Shown here: positions 26,501-38,181 of the stretch, piece after piece
Position numbering within the stretch: position 1 is the stretch's first letter
Layout: each line of letters begins with the position of its first letter
Assembly (NCBI GenBank): GCA_963737655.1
Contig: CAVTTN010000002.1
Span: forward strand, 4,128,001 to 4,192,000
Reading direction: 5' to 3'
Length of the DNA stretch: 64,000 nucleotides
From: an uncultured Planctomycetota bacterium
GTDB taxonomy: Bacteria > Planctomycetota > Planctomycetia > Isosphaerales > Isosphaeraceae
Position numbers and translations under genes: made by a program
Notes under the pieces: model-generated
What the model was told of the DNA's origin: nothing
What the model saw: only the letters and a program-made list of their open reading frames with translations
The model's database searches: none

Positions 26501-29500
26501 AGGCGGGGAATAACCTGATCGTCGGGGACTTCATCGGCACGGACCCGGCCTCAACGCCCAACCTCGGCAACCTGGCCGACGGCGTGAGCCTCTCCGGGGC
26601 CGTGAGCAACACGATCGGCGGGATTTCGGCCGTCGATCGCGTGTACATCGTCGGCAATCAGAAGGTCGGCATCGACTTGCTCTCGGCCTCGTCCAGCAAC
26701 CGCATCCTGGGCGACTGGATCGGCGTCGCCCCCGACGGCCAGGGGATGGGCAACCTGCTCTCGGGCGTGAACATCGCGTCGTCCGAGTCGAACACGATCG
26801 GCGGCACCGAGGCCGGCGCCTCCAATGTCATCTCGGCCAATTTCGAGAACGGCGTGGAGGTCGCGGGCGGCGGCAAGATCGGCAACGTCCTGGTGGGCAA
26901 CTTGATCGGGACCGACGCCTCGGGCGCGGCCGGGCTGGGCAATCAGCTCGACGGTGTCCTGTTCGGCGGAGGGGCCCGGAACACCCTCGGCGGCACCGGC
27001 TCGGCCGCCAACACGATCTCCGGCAACCTCGGCAACGGCGTGGACCTCCTCGGAGGGGCCGCCAGCAACAACATCATCGGCAACCTGATCGGCTTCGCCT
27101 CGGGCCATGCCCTGGGCAACGCGGGGAACGGCGTGCTCGTGACCGGGGCCGCCACCGGCAACGTCATCGGCACCGCGGACCTCGGCAATACGATCGTCGC
27201 CAGCGGGATGAACGGCATCCAGATCGACGGCTCCTCGTCGAATAACTTCGTCGAGGGGGACTACATCGGGACCGACGCCTCGGGACGCACGAACCTGGGC
27301 AATAGCCTCTCGGGCGTCCTGGTCCTGAATTCCTCGGGCAACGTGATCGGGCTGGGCGCCTCGGTGACGGCCAACTCGCTCGGCCTGGGCAACGTGATCG
27401 CCGGCAACCTCAAGGACGGCGTGACGCTGGGCGTCGGGGCGAATGGGACGACCGTCTCCGGCAACGCGATCGGCCGGACCCTCGGCGGGATCGACCTGAG
27501 CAATGCCGGAGACGGCCTGTCGATCGCCGGAGACAACACCCAGGCCACCGGCAACCTCGTCGTGGCCAATGGCCTGGACGGCGTCCTCGTCATGGGCCTG
27601 AACAACACGATCGGCGGTCGCGCCGGGTCCTCGGCCCAGACGATCGCCCGGAACCTGGGCGCGGGCGTCCATCTCCAGAACACCACGGCCTCGAAGAACC
27701 TGGTCCTCAACGACCTGATCGCCTCGAACCTGGCGCAGGGCGTGTTCTTCCAGGACGCCCCGGGCAACTCGGTCGTGGGCGACACGATCACGGCCAACGC
27801 CACCGGAGGAGTGCTCCTCCAGGACGCTTCGGGCAACACCATCGGCGGAGCGATCGCCGGCCTGGCGAACCTGATCCTCAACAATACCGGCACGGGCGTG
27901 GCCATCTCCGGCTCGCTGGCCTCGGCGAACCTGGTTCAGGGCAACACGATCCAGGGCTCGACCGGCGACGGCCTGGCGATCAACGCCGGATCGGCGAACA
28001 CCATCGGCGGCCTGGCCTCGAGGACCGTCCTCGGCGGCAACCTCGTCGTGGCGAGCGGGAACGACGGCATCCACCTCCTGAACCTCGCCACGAGCAACGA
28101 CCTCTTCGGCAATACCATCGGCGGGAAGGCCGGCCTGGCGAACCTCGCCAACGGCCTGGAGATTGCCGATTCGAAGAGCAACGAGGTCGGGCTGGCCAAT
28201 GGCATGGGCAACGTGATCATCGGCAACTCCCTGGGCGGCATCCTGATCACCGGGACGTCCAGTCAGAACAGCCTGTTTGCCAACGCGATCGGCACCGACT
28301 TCGCCGGAAACGCCGGGCTGGGCAACGGCGGGGACGGCGTCCAGATCCTCTCGGCGACCACGAACTTGATCGGCTCGGCCGGACAGGGAAACACGATTGC
28401 CGGCAACACCGGGGCCGGCGTCCATGTCCTGAACGGAACGGTCTCGGGCTCCGTCTCGGTGAGCAACGTCATCCAGGGGAACCTGATCGGACTCGGCGGG
28501 GCAGTAACTCGGCAGACCCTCGGGATCTTGCTCGACGATGCGACGGGGAATCTGATCGGCGGCGCGTCGGCCGGTGCCGGCAACACAATCGGCTTCAGCC
28601 AGGCGGCCGGGATCGAGATTTTCGGAATCGCCGCCTCGATCGGCTCGGGCAACGTGGTCCAGGGCAATGCGATCGGGACCGACGGCAAGGGCGCCCGGAG
28701 CAATGGCGGAGACGGTGTCCTGATCCTCGGTGCCTCGGGCAACACGATCGGCGGCCCGGCGGGCGTGGGCAATACCATCGCCTTCAACGCCCTGACCGGC
28801 GTTCACGTGACAAACGGGACGATCTCGGGCTCGCTCGGCAACGTGATCCAGGGGAACCTGATCGGCCTGGCCGGCTCGCCGGTCCAGACCGTCGGCGTGT
28901 TCCTCGACGACGCCGCCGGCAACACCGTCGGCGGTACGGCCACGAAGGCCGGCAACACGATCGGCTTCAGCCAGGCCGACGGCGTCCAGATCGTCGGCTC
29001 GATTTCCTCGGGCAATGTGCTCCTGGGCAACCAGATCGGCGCGTCGGCCGGCTCGACGGTCGGAGCCAACGGGGCCTCGGGCGTCCTGATCGACGGGGCC
29101 TCGAATAACACGATCGGTGGCTCGGCGACCGGCTCGGCCAACGTGATCGCCTCGAACGCGACCTTCGGAATCCGCATCCACGCGGGGACCGCGAACCTGG
29201 TCGCCTCCAACGCGATCGGGATGCCCGCCACGGGCGGCAACGGCCGGGATGGCGTGTTCCTGGACTCGGCCTCGGGCAACATGATCGGTGGAGGGGCCGG
29301 GTTCGGCAACGTGGTCCTCAACAACCTCGGCAGCGGAGTCCTGATCGGCGCCTCGTCGTCGGGCAACTCGGTGTCCGGGAACTACATCGGGGCCGACGCG
29401 AACACGGTCGTCTCGGGCAACGCCGGGGACGGCGTGACGATCGACGGGCCGGGCAACCTGGTCGGGGGCAGCTCGGTCGGGTTCGGCAACGTGATCGTCG

Positions 29501-32500
29501 GGAACCTGGGCAATGGCGTCCATCTCGCCGGGGCCTCGGCCTCGGGGAACGTGGTGGCCGGCAACCTGATCGGGACCAACGCGAGCGGCAAGGCCGGCGT
29601 CGGCAATCTTCTGGACGGGATCCTGCTCGAGTCCGCGTCGAGCAACACGATCGGCTCGGCCCTGGTCAAGAATGTTGTCGCCAGCAGCGGCCTGAACGGG
29701 ATCGACATCGTCGGGACATCCTCCGACAACGTCTTGCTGGGCAATGACGTCGGCCTCGACGAGAACGCCAATCACACCAGCCTCGCCAACGCCCTGGACG
29801 GCATCCTCGTCTCCCGGGGCACGGGCAACACGATCGGCTCGGCGACGACCGCCGTGGGCGCGATCAACGTGATCTCCAACAACCAGGGGTCGGGCATCCA
29901 CCTCGGGGCGTCGTCGTCCTCGACCGTGATCGTCCATTCCTACGTCGGCACCCTGGCCAGTGGTGCTTCCAAACTCGGCAACATGCAGGATGGCATCCTG
30001 ATCGACGGCTCGTCCGGCAACGTGGTCGGCGGATATGCCGACGGCTACCGGAACGTGATCGCCGACAACCATCAGAATGGCATCCACGTGAGCGGCTCCG
30101 CCGCGACCGCGAACCTGATCGCGGGCAACTACATCGGCGTGGACTTCACCGGGGCGAATTACGACGGCAATTTCGCCGCGGGCGTGTTCCTGGACGGGGC
30201 GGGCGGCAACACGATCTCCGGCCTGCTGCCCCCTCCGCCGTCGGCGGGCGTCTCGGCGACGACCTCCGGCGTCAGCGTGATCTCGGGCAACCTGGGCGAC
30301 GGCGTGAAGATCGGCGGGTCTCTGGCGGCCTCGAACGTCGTCTCGGCGAATCTGATCGGCCTGAACGCGGCCGGGACCGCCCCGCTCAGCAATGGATTCT
30401 CCGGCGTGGAGATCGCCGACGCCCCGGGGACGCTGATCGGCGGCCCGGCCGTCGGCCAGGGCAACGTGATCTCCGGCAACGGCCTGATCTACACCACCGG
30501 GAACGCCAACACGATGTCGGCCTCGGGCGTCCTGGTGACCGGGGCCGGCTCCTCGGGCACCCTGATCCAGAGCAACCGGATCGGAACGACCAGCGACGGC
30601 AAGCTGAGTGCCGGGAACCTCGGCGACGGCATCCACGTCCAGGGGACCTCGGCCGTCACGATCCGCGGCAATGTGATCTCCGGGAACGGCCAGGCGACGG
30701 CCGGGCAATCCGCCGGGGTCCACCTGATCGGCCCGGGGACCGTGGGCATCCTGATCGCCGGGAACCTGATCGGCACGGACTTCACGGGCAAGCTGGCCGT
30801 CGGCAACGCCCAGGACGGCGTCCTGATCGAGTCGGGCGCCTCGGGGAATACCCTGGGCGGCCTCACCGCGACCGACCGTAACATCATCTCCGGCAACAAC
30901 CAACCGGTCGCGGCCATCATGGGGACCGGGCCGAACGGTTATGCCTCCGGCGGCGTTCACCTGCTGGGGGGAGCGACCGGAAACCTGGTCGTCGGGAACT
31001 TTGTTGGGCTGGACGTCGACGGCGCGGTCGCCCTGCCGAACCGGCAGGACGGCGTCCTGATCGGCCAGGGCGCGACGGGCAACACCATCGGTGGGACGGG
31101 CGCCGGCGCCACCAACGTGATCTCGGGGAACAACTACAACGGCATCCATATCACCGACGCCACCACCGCCAACAACGCGATCCAGGGCAATTTCATCGGG
31201 ACCGATCTCTCCGGCACGACGATCCAGGACCTCAACCACAAGTCCCTGGGGAACGCCAACGACGGGATCTGGATCGTCAATGCCCCGAGCGTGACGATCG
31301 GCGGGGAGGCGGCCGAGGCGCGGAACGTGATCTCGGGGAACGCCGGCAACGGCATCCAGGTCGGCGACTCGAGCGGCGAGATCTCCTCCTCGGCCGCGGG
31401 CGCCGTGATCCTGAACAACCTGATCGGCGTCGACAAGACCGGGGGCGTGTCCCTCGGCAACGCCCTGGACGGCATCTTCGTGGTGAACCTCAAGGCGGCC
31501 CCGTCGGCCTCCGGGACGGCCGTGCCGGCCTCGATGCAGGTCCTCGGCAACGTGATCTCCGGGAACGTCCAGGACGGCATCCTCGCCGTGAATTCCTCGG
31601 AACTCCTGGTCCTGGGCAACAAGATCGGGACGGACGCCTCGGGCACCCTGCCCCTGGGCAACGTCGCCGACGGTTTGGTCTTGAGCCACACCGACGCCTC
31701 GACGATCGGCGGGACCACCGACGTGGCCGCCAACGTGATCTCGGGCAACTTCCAGGCGGGCCTCCGCCTCGATGGCTCCTCGAACAACGTGATCGCCAAC
31801 GACCGCATCGGCACCGACATGACCGGCTCGCTCGACCTGGGCAACCGGGACAGCGGCGTGATCATCGAGCTCGGGTCCGCCGGCAATTTCGTCGGCGGGG
31901 GCTACGCCGGCGCGGGGAATCTGATCTACGCCAACGTCGGTTCCGGCGTGATGATCCAGGGCACGAGCGACGGGACGACCTCCGGCAACGTCGTCCAGGG
32001 GAACCAGATCGGCGCCGCCACCGCGACCGTCGTCCTCCACGGGGTCGCGACGGCCCAGGACCTCGGCAATCGCAACGACGGCGTGACGATCCTCAACGCC
32101 CGGGCCAACGCCGTCTCCGGGTCGAATATCATCGTCAACAACCACGTCAACGGCGTCCAGATCGCGGGGACCTCGTCGCAGAACTACGTCCAGGACAATC
32201 GGATCGGACTCGATGCCCTCAACCGGCGGGTCGCGAACCTGGCCGATGGCGTGAGGATCGACGGCGCCTCCGGCAATGTCATCGGGGGGGTCGGTCAGTC
32301 CACGGGCCTCCCCGCGCCCAACGTGATCTCGGGCAACGCGGTCTCGGGGGTTGACCTCTTGAACGGGGCTTCGGGCAACCTGGTCCAGTTCAACATGGTC
32401 GGCCTGGACAGCCTCGGCCTGAACGCGACGGACGTCCTCGGCAACCGCCTGGGGAACTCGTCCTACGGGATCCTGATCAGCGGGGGCCGCAGCAACACGA

Positions 32501-35289
32501 TCGGCGGGATGGCCACCGTGAACGGTTCGGCCGTGATCGCCGGCAACCTGATCTCGGGCAATCGCCTCTACGGGGTGGCCCTGCTCAACGGGACGTCGGG
32601 AGACGTCCTCGCCGGGAACTTCATCGGCCTCGACAAGTTCGGCTCGGGGGTCGTGGCGAACGAGCAGGCCGGCGTCTTCATCAACCAGTCCGGCGGCAAC
32701 ACCATCGGCGGCAACTCGGCCTCGTCCCGGAACGTGATCTCCGGCAATGGCGGGGCGGGCGTCCAGATCAACGGGTCCCCGGCGGACCACTCCGGCAATC
32801 TGATCGCCGGGGACTTCATCGGGACCGACGCCTCGGGGAACCTGCCTCGAGGCAACAAGTTCGACGGGGTCCAGATCACCGACTCGCCGAACAACATCGT
32901 CGGCGGGACCTCTCCGTCCTACCGGGACGTGATCTCGGCGAACCTCGGGGCGGGCGTCCACATCGGCGGCTCGGGATCGACGAACAACGTCGTCGCGGGC
33001 GACTACATCGGGACGGACTTCACGGGGATCTACGGCAACGCCAGCTCCGGAGTCTCCCTGGGTAACCAGCTCGATGGCGTCTTGATCGATTCGGCCTCCT
33101 TCAACCTGGTCGGCGGCCTGTCGCCCGCGTCGCGGAACATCATCTCGAACAACATCCGCGACGGGGTCGGGATCAATAACTCCTCCTCGGGCAACGTCGT
33201 CGCGGCGAACTGGATCGGCCTGGATGCCCTGGGGATCAACGCCCAAGGTAACCTCGGCGACGGCGTGTACGTGAGCGGATCGACGGGCAACCAGATCGGC
33301 GGCGCGGGCCTGCTCGGCAACGTGATCTCAAGGAACTTCGGCAACGGAGTCCGCCTGACCGGAGAGTCCAGCCAGGGAGGGGCCAACCGGGTCCAGGGGA
33401 ACTTCATCGGGACCACGGCCTACGGGGCTGTCGCGACCATCTTCGGCGTGACCATCCCGGCGGCGGCCCCCAACCAGCTCGACGGCGTCCTCGCCGATAG
33501 CGCCGTGAACGACCTGATCGGCGGCCCCGGCAACGGCGTGGGAAGCACCCGGTCCACCCTGGGCAACGTGATCTCCGGCAACCTGGGTAACGGCGTCCAC
33601 ATCCTGAACTCGACCCAGGGCATCCTCGTCCAGGGCAACGACATCGGACTCGACGCCTCGGGCGCCTCGCTGACGGCCAACGCGGTCGATGGCGTCTTCC
33701 TGGACAACTCGGCGGCCGTCATGGTCTCCGACAATCTGATCTCCGGCAACGGCCAGGACGGCGTCGATATCCTGGCCGGTCCGGGCGGGGCGGCGGCGGC
33801 GGGCCACTCGGTCCTCCATAACCGGATTGGCACCGACTTCAGCGGGACCGTTCGCCTGGGCAATAGCGCCGCCGGGGTGTTCGTGAACAACTCGTCGAAC
33901 AACTCGATCGGTGGGATCAACGCGGCGGTCGGGGTGACCCCCTCGGCCGGCAACGTGATCTCGGCGAATGCTTCGGCCGGCGTGGTCATCTTCGGGACGC
34001 CCTCCACCGGCAACCAGGTCCTCGGCAACTTCATCGGCACCAACGCCGCCGGGACGGCCGCCCTGGGCAATGCCATCGGCGTCTACGTCCTGAACACCAC
34101 GAAGAACACCATCGGCTCGGACCGGGTCGGCGGGGGCAACGTGATCTCGGGCAACGACCAGGCGGGCGTCCAGATCGAGGGCACCACCTCGATGTACAAT
34201 CAGGTCGAGGGGAACCTCATCGGCTCGGACGCCACCGGGTCATACCTGATCAAGGACTCCACCAACCCCGAGCAAGACCTGAACAACGACTATGGCCGCC
34301 AGGGCTTCGGCGTCCTCGTCCTGAACTCGCCGATGAACCTGATCGGGCCGACGCTGCCCACCCTCCCCGGATTCAGCCAGTATTCGGCCAACCCGGCCAC
34401 GCTCGATCCCGGCGCCGGGAAGAACGTGATCTCGGGCAACGTGGTGGGAGTCCAGGTGTTCGGCATCGCCTCATCGAACAACGTGATCCAGGGCAACTAC
34501 GTCGGCACCGACCAGTCCGGCATGAGGCCGCTGTCGGTCTCCTCGACCGGCCAGGCCACCGGGCAGACGACCGCCCCGGCCGGCAACTACACCGACGGCA
34601 TCTATGTCAACAACTCCGGCCAGGTCACCGGCAGCGACACCAAGTCCAAGGGGCACAACTCGATCCTCGATAACCTGCTGACCGGCAACGGCGTCAACGG
34701 CATCCAGATCTACGGGCCTCAGTCGATCAACAACGTGATCGAGCTGAACTACATCGGCACCGACAAGACGGGGGGGACCTCGATGCTCCCCAGCTACGTC
34801 GGCTCCGACGGGCGGACGATCGTCGATGGCAACCAGTACGGGGTGCTCATCAACGGGTCCTCGTACAACACGATCGGGGCGGCGGGCGCCGGCAACCTGA
34901 TCTCGGGCAACCGAGACACCGGCATCTACCTGCTCGGGCCCAACTCGGCCACGAATTCGCAAACCCAGGGCAACAACAGCACGCTGAACGTCATCCGGGC
35001 GAACCGGATCGTCCGCAACGGGCAGTTCGGCGTCCTGGAGTACAACGTGCCGGTCGGGCCGCCCCTGGAAAACATCATCGACATCACCTCCAAGTCCGGG
35101 AAGAACTACTTCTCGGGCAACGCCCAGGACATCCGGCCGTTCAACGGACAGACCAAGCCGGACACCGGGGCGCCCCAGTCCAACAACCCGTATCGCAAGA
35201 AGACCAGGAAGACGAAGAAGACCGCGACCGCCAAGGCCGCCCACCCCAACCGGGCCCCGGGCTTCCATCCCAAGAAGGGAGGCAAGTGA
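5567..35289 (+). CDS. Giant planctomycete surface/extracellular protein with LEPRxLL-type N-terminus and right-handed parallel beta-helix repeats (~9,907 aa if the frameshift at ~19910 is repaired)
   Basis: N-terminal RRALAQRLFVEQMEPRQLLS and well over 100 degenerate NTIGG...NVISGN...GN.IG.D..G units. ORFs 5567..19972 and 19984..35289 join by adding one base at 19909-19913 (GSK-G-PDASLGLAAGTGNGIYLL), which restores the repeat register. The second ORF has no convincing start of its own. Confidence 0.88.
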
Positions 35290-35436
35290 CGCCCGCGACG
35301 AGGCCGACGATCGACGCCCCGGGGAGATTCCTCGGGGAAAGTGTGGATTCCGGGGCCGCTCTCCGGCTATCCTCGTGAACTGAAAGTTCGGGTGAGCGAA
35401 GCGGCTCGACCGCTCCCTCTAGCCAGGGAATGACCG

Positions 35437-38049
35437 ATGACCTCACGAGGGACCCCCCCCGACGACCAGGACCCGCTGGAAACCCTGGCCCAGTTCTCGG
35501 CCTCGGACCCGGCGCGTCCCCCCGTCCGGCCCACGGCCGAGATGACGCCGCCCCCGACGGCTCCCCGGGAGATGGACAATTCCCCGAGCACTCGCGATCC
35601 TTCGAGAACCCCGGACGACCTCGTCGCGGAAACCGTGCCGGTCACCCCGGCCGGATCCGGATCGACTTCCGGGTTCTCCGCCGCCCTGGGGCTCTCGGAC
35701 AAGCCCCGACCCGGCCAGATCATCTTCGACCGCTACAAGGTCGAGCGCGAGCTGGGCGAAGGCGGCATGGGGTCGGTGTGGCTCGTCCGTCACCTCGAGC
35801 TCGACGCCGATCGCGCCTTGAAGCTCATCGTCGCGGAGATCGCCGCCGACGAGCAGGTCCGCGCCCGCTTCAAGCGCGAGGCCCGGGTCATGGCCAAGTT
35901 GACCCACCCCAACGCCGTGACCGTCCACCACTCGAAGCTCGCCCGCGACTCCGCGTTCATCGAGATGGAGTACGTCCGAGGCCAGAGCCTCAACAAGATC
36001 CTCAAGCCCGGCGTCCCCATGCCCCTGGACTGGGTCGCGCGGATGGTTGAGCAGCTCTGCGACGTCCTCCAGGCCGCTCACGACCTCGGGATCGTCCATC
36101 GCGACCTGAAACCCTCCAACCTTATGCTGCTGGACGGTCGCCAGCCCGGCAAGGAACTCCTGAAGGTCCTCGACTTCGGGATCGCCAAGATCCTCACCAG
36201 CGATGGCACCGACACGGACGAGCTCCGCACCCAGACCAATACCTTCATCGGAACGGCCCATTATTCCAGCCCGGAGCAGATCCGCGGCTCGAAGATCGAC
36301 GCCCGCAGCGACCTGTACTCCACCGGCGTGATCCTTTACGAGTTCCTCACCGGACAGAGGCCGTTCAGCGGGACGGCGCAGATGCTCATCTGCGACCACC
36401 TGACCACCCCGCCTTCCCCGTTTGCCCTGAAGAACCCGCATTGCCGGGTGCCGGAAGCCGTCGAACGGGTCGTCCTGAAGTGCCTCTCGAAGGACCCGGA
36501 CGACCGTCCCCAATCGGCCCGGGAACTCTCCGAGGAGTTCCTCGACGCCGTCCAGCGCTCGACGACCGAGGGCAAGGGCCCCTCCGAGACTCGGGGGCAA
36601 AAATGGTCCGACCCCGGTCGGACCGAGGCGGCTCCGGCCGTCATGGCCCCGGTCCGTCAGCCCACCCGCCAGGGTTCGTGGCGAGACGCCTCGCAGGCCG
36701 GTTCCCTCTCCGCGAACGCCTACGACGCCACCGAGAACGCCAGCGTCGTCCAGCCCCACGAATACCCCGGCCTGACCATGACTCCCAAGGGCTTCATCCC
36801 GGGAGTCAAGAAGAAGAAGGCCGTGGGTCCCCTGATCACCTTGATCCTGATCCTGCCGCTCCTCCTGCTAGTCACGGCCGTCGGGATTCGCCTGGCGACC
36901 CGCGACGGGGGCCAGAAGCGGCTGCGAGAGGGCGAGGTTCCGCCCGACGACGGCACGACGCAATCCGGCAAGGGCTCGGCCGACAAGGGCAAGCCCTACC
37001 TGCTCAACGCCAACGCCAAGCAGTTCCTCCACCCCTGGGCCATGGATTCCTATCGCCCGGTGGAGTCCGAAGGGACGGACGACGGCTGGCCTCGGTTCCT
37101 GGAACGCATCCCCGAGTACATCGGCGCGCCGATCCGCTACTATCTCGACAAGCCCACCGGCCGGTATTATCCCGAGAAGTACGAGCCCGAGGGCGATCTG
37201 GCCGAGGATGAATGGCCCAAGTACCTCCGCCGCAAGACCGACGACGTCCGCTTCGTCCGGATCCCCGGCGGCGTCTTCCGGCTCGGGACCGGGGACAAGG
37301 TGCCGATGGCCCCCGGGGACTCGTCCAGGCCGGCCCATCGCGTGCGAATCACCGGCTTCTACATCCAGGAGCACGAGGTCACCAATCGCGAGGTCAATGA
37401 GTACGATCGGACCCTGCCGGCCCAAAATCGACTCACGTATTGGCAAAGTTATTTCAAGGACGCCCTGATCCGCCTCCCGGACGCCGCGCCGAATCACCCC
37501 GCCACCATGCTCAGCCATCGCGAGGCGGAGCTGTGCGCGGCGATCTACTTCAACGGACTCCTGCCGACCGAGGCCCAGTGGGAGTACGCCGCCCGGTCCC
37601 GGATCGGCCTGGAGAACCTGTTCATCTGGGATTGGCGGCCCGCCGACGACCCGATTCGCAAGAAGGAGGCGCGCGACCTCTGCGCGATGAACCGCGTGGG
37701 AGAGGGCGAGTGGCCCACCGTCAGCGTCGGGACCTTCTCCCGGACCGATGTCACCAAGGACGGCGTGATCGACATGAGCGGCAACGTCAGCGAATGGTGC
37801 CGGGACGTCATGGAACCCTATCAGCCCGACGAGGATCCGCACCCGAGGAATCCGACCGGCGCGAAGCGGAGCGACGTGAATTCCGACGACTACGTCTTTC
37901 GGGGAGGATCGGTCGAATCGATCGGCCCCGAGGAGTTGTACGCCACCCGTCGGATGAAGATGACCGGAGGCCAGCGCTCGCCGGTCGTCGGCTTCCGGCT
38001 GGTCCTGGAGACGCCCGACTCGCCGGGCAAGGCCGGATTGAAGCCCTGA
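35437..38049 (+). CDS. Membrane Hanks-type Ser/Thr kinase with a C-terminal FGE-sulfatase (SUMF1-like) domain
   Basis: Kinase motifs LGEGGMGSVW, RALK, HRDLKPSN, DFG and SPEQ; a TM helix after KKKK; then LPTEAQWEYAAR, DMSGNVSEW, RGGS and GFRLV. Confidence 0.93.
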   Translation: MTSRGTPPDDQDPLETLAQFSASDPARPPVRPTAEMTPPPTAPREMDNSPSTRDPSRTPDDLVAETVPVTPAGSGSTSGFSAALGLSDKPRPGQIIFDRYKVERELGEGGMGSVWLVRHLELDADRALKLIVAEIAADEQVRARFKREARVMAKLTHPNAVTVHHSKLARDSAFIEMEYVRGQSLNKILKPGVPMPLDWVARMVEQLCDVLQAAHDLGIVHRDLKPSNLMLLDGRQPGKELLKVLDFGIAKILTSDGTDTDELRTQTNTFIGTAHYSSPEQIRGSKIDARSDLYSTGVILYEFLTGQRPFSGTAQMLICDHLTTPPSPFALKNPHCRVPEAVERVVLKCLSKDPDDRPQSARELSEEFLDAVQRSTTEGKGPSETRGQKWSDPGRTEAAPAVMAPVRQPTRQGSWRDASQAGSLSANAYDATENASVVQPHEYPGLTMTPKGFIPGVKKKKAVGPLITLILILPLLLLVTAVGIRLATRDGGQKRLREGEVPPDDGTTQSGKGSADKGKPYLLNANAKQFLHPWAMDSYRPVESEGTDDGWPRFLERIPEYIGAPIRYYLDKPTGRYYPEKYEPEGDLAEDEWPKYLRRKTDDVRFVRIPGGVFRLGTGDKVPMAPGDSSRPAHRVRITGFYIQEHEVTNREVNEYDRTLPAQNRLTYWQSYFKDALIRLPDAAPNHPATMLSHREAELCAAIYFNGLLPTEAQWEYAARSRIGLENLFIWDWRPADDPIRKKEARDLCAMNRVGEGEWPTVSVGTFSRTDVTKDGVIDMSGNVSEWCRDVMEPYQPDEDPHPRNPTGAKRSDVNSDDYVFRGGSVESIGPEELYATRRMKMTGGQRSPVVGFRLVLETPDSPGKAGLKP

Positions 38050-38116
38050 GGGGCCTTGGCGACTCGGCGAGAGCGTCACGAGGCGTCCCCTCCGCCCGTC
38101 TTCTGAAAGAAGAGTC

Positions 38117-38162
38117 GCCGGTCCGAGGCGATCCCCGACGGGGGGGATCGCCTCGGACCGGC
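38117..38162. repeat. Perfect 20-bp inverted repeat (hairpin) between the kinase and caspase genes
   Basis: GCCGGTCCGAGGCGATCCCC (38117-38136), a 6 nt loop, then its exact reverse complement (38143-38162). Confidence 0.85.
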
Positions 38163-38181
38163 CGCCGTCGAGGGCCTCGCC

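Noticed and set aside
5543..35268. Many long minus-strand ORFs (up to 2,231 aa) opposite the giant gene
   Set aside because: They are antisense shadows of GC-rich repetitive coding sequence, mirror the repeat and show no independent domain motifs.
5567..35289. Recurring DNA motif AACGTGATCTCGGGCAAC as a possible CRISPR or DNA repeat array
   Set aside because: It encodes NVISGN in frame, varies at synonymous positions, has irregular spacing, and no cas genes are present.
35317..35337. Hairpin after the giant gene as an intrinsic terminator
   Set aside because: A 9-bp stem is present but has no plus-strand U-tract, so termination is unsupported.
37240..38049. Diversity-generating retroelement target (FGE/CLec fold)
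   Set aside because: No reverse transcriptase and no template-repeat copy of the 3' region were seen in the window.
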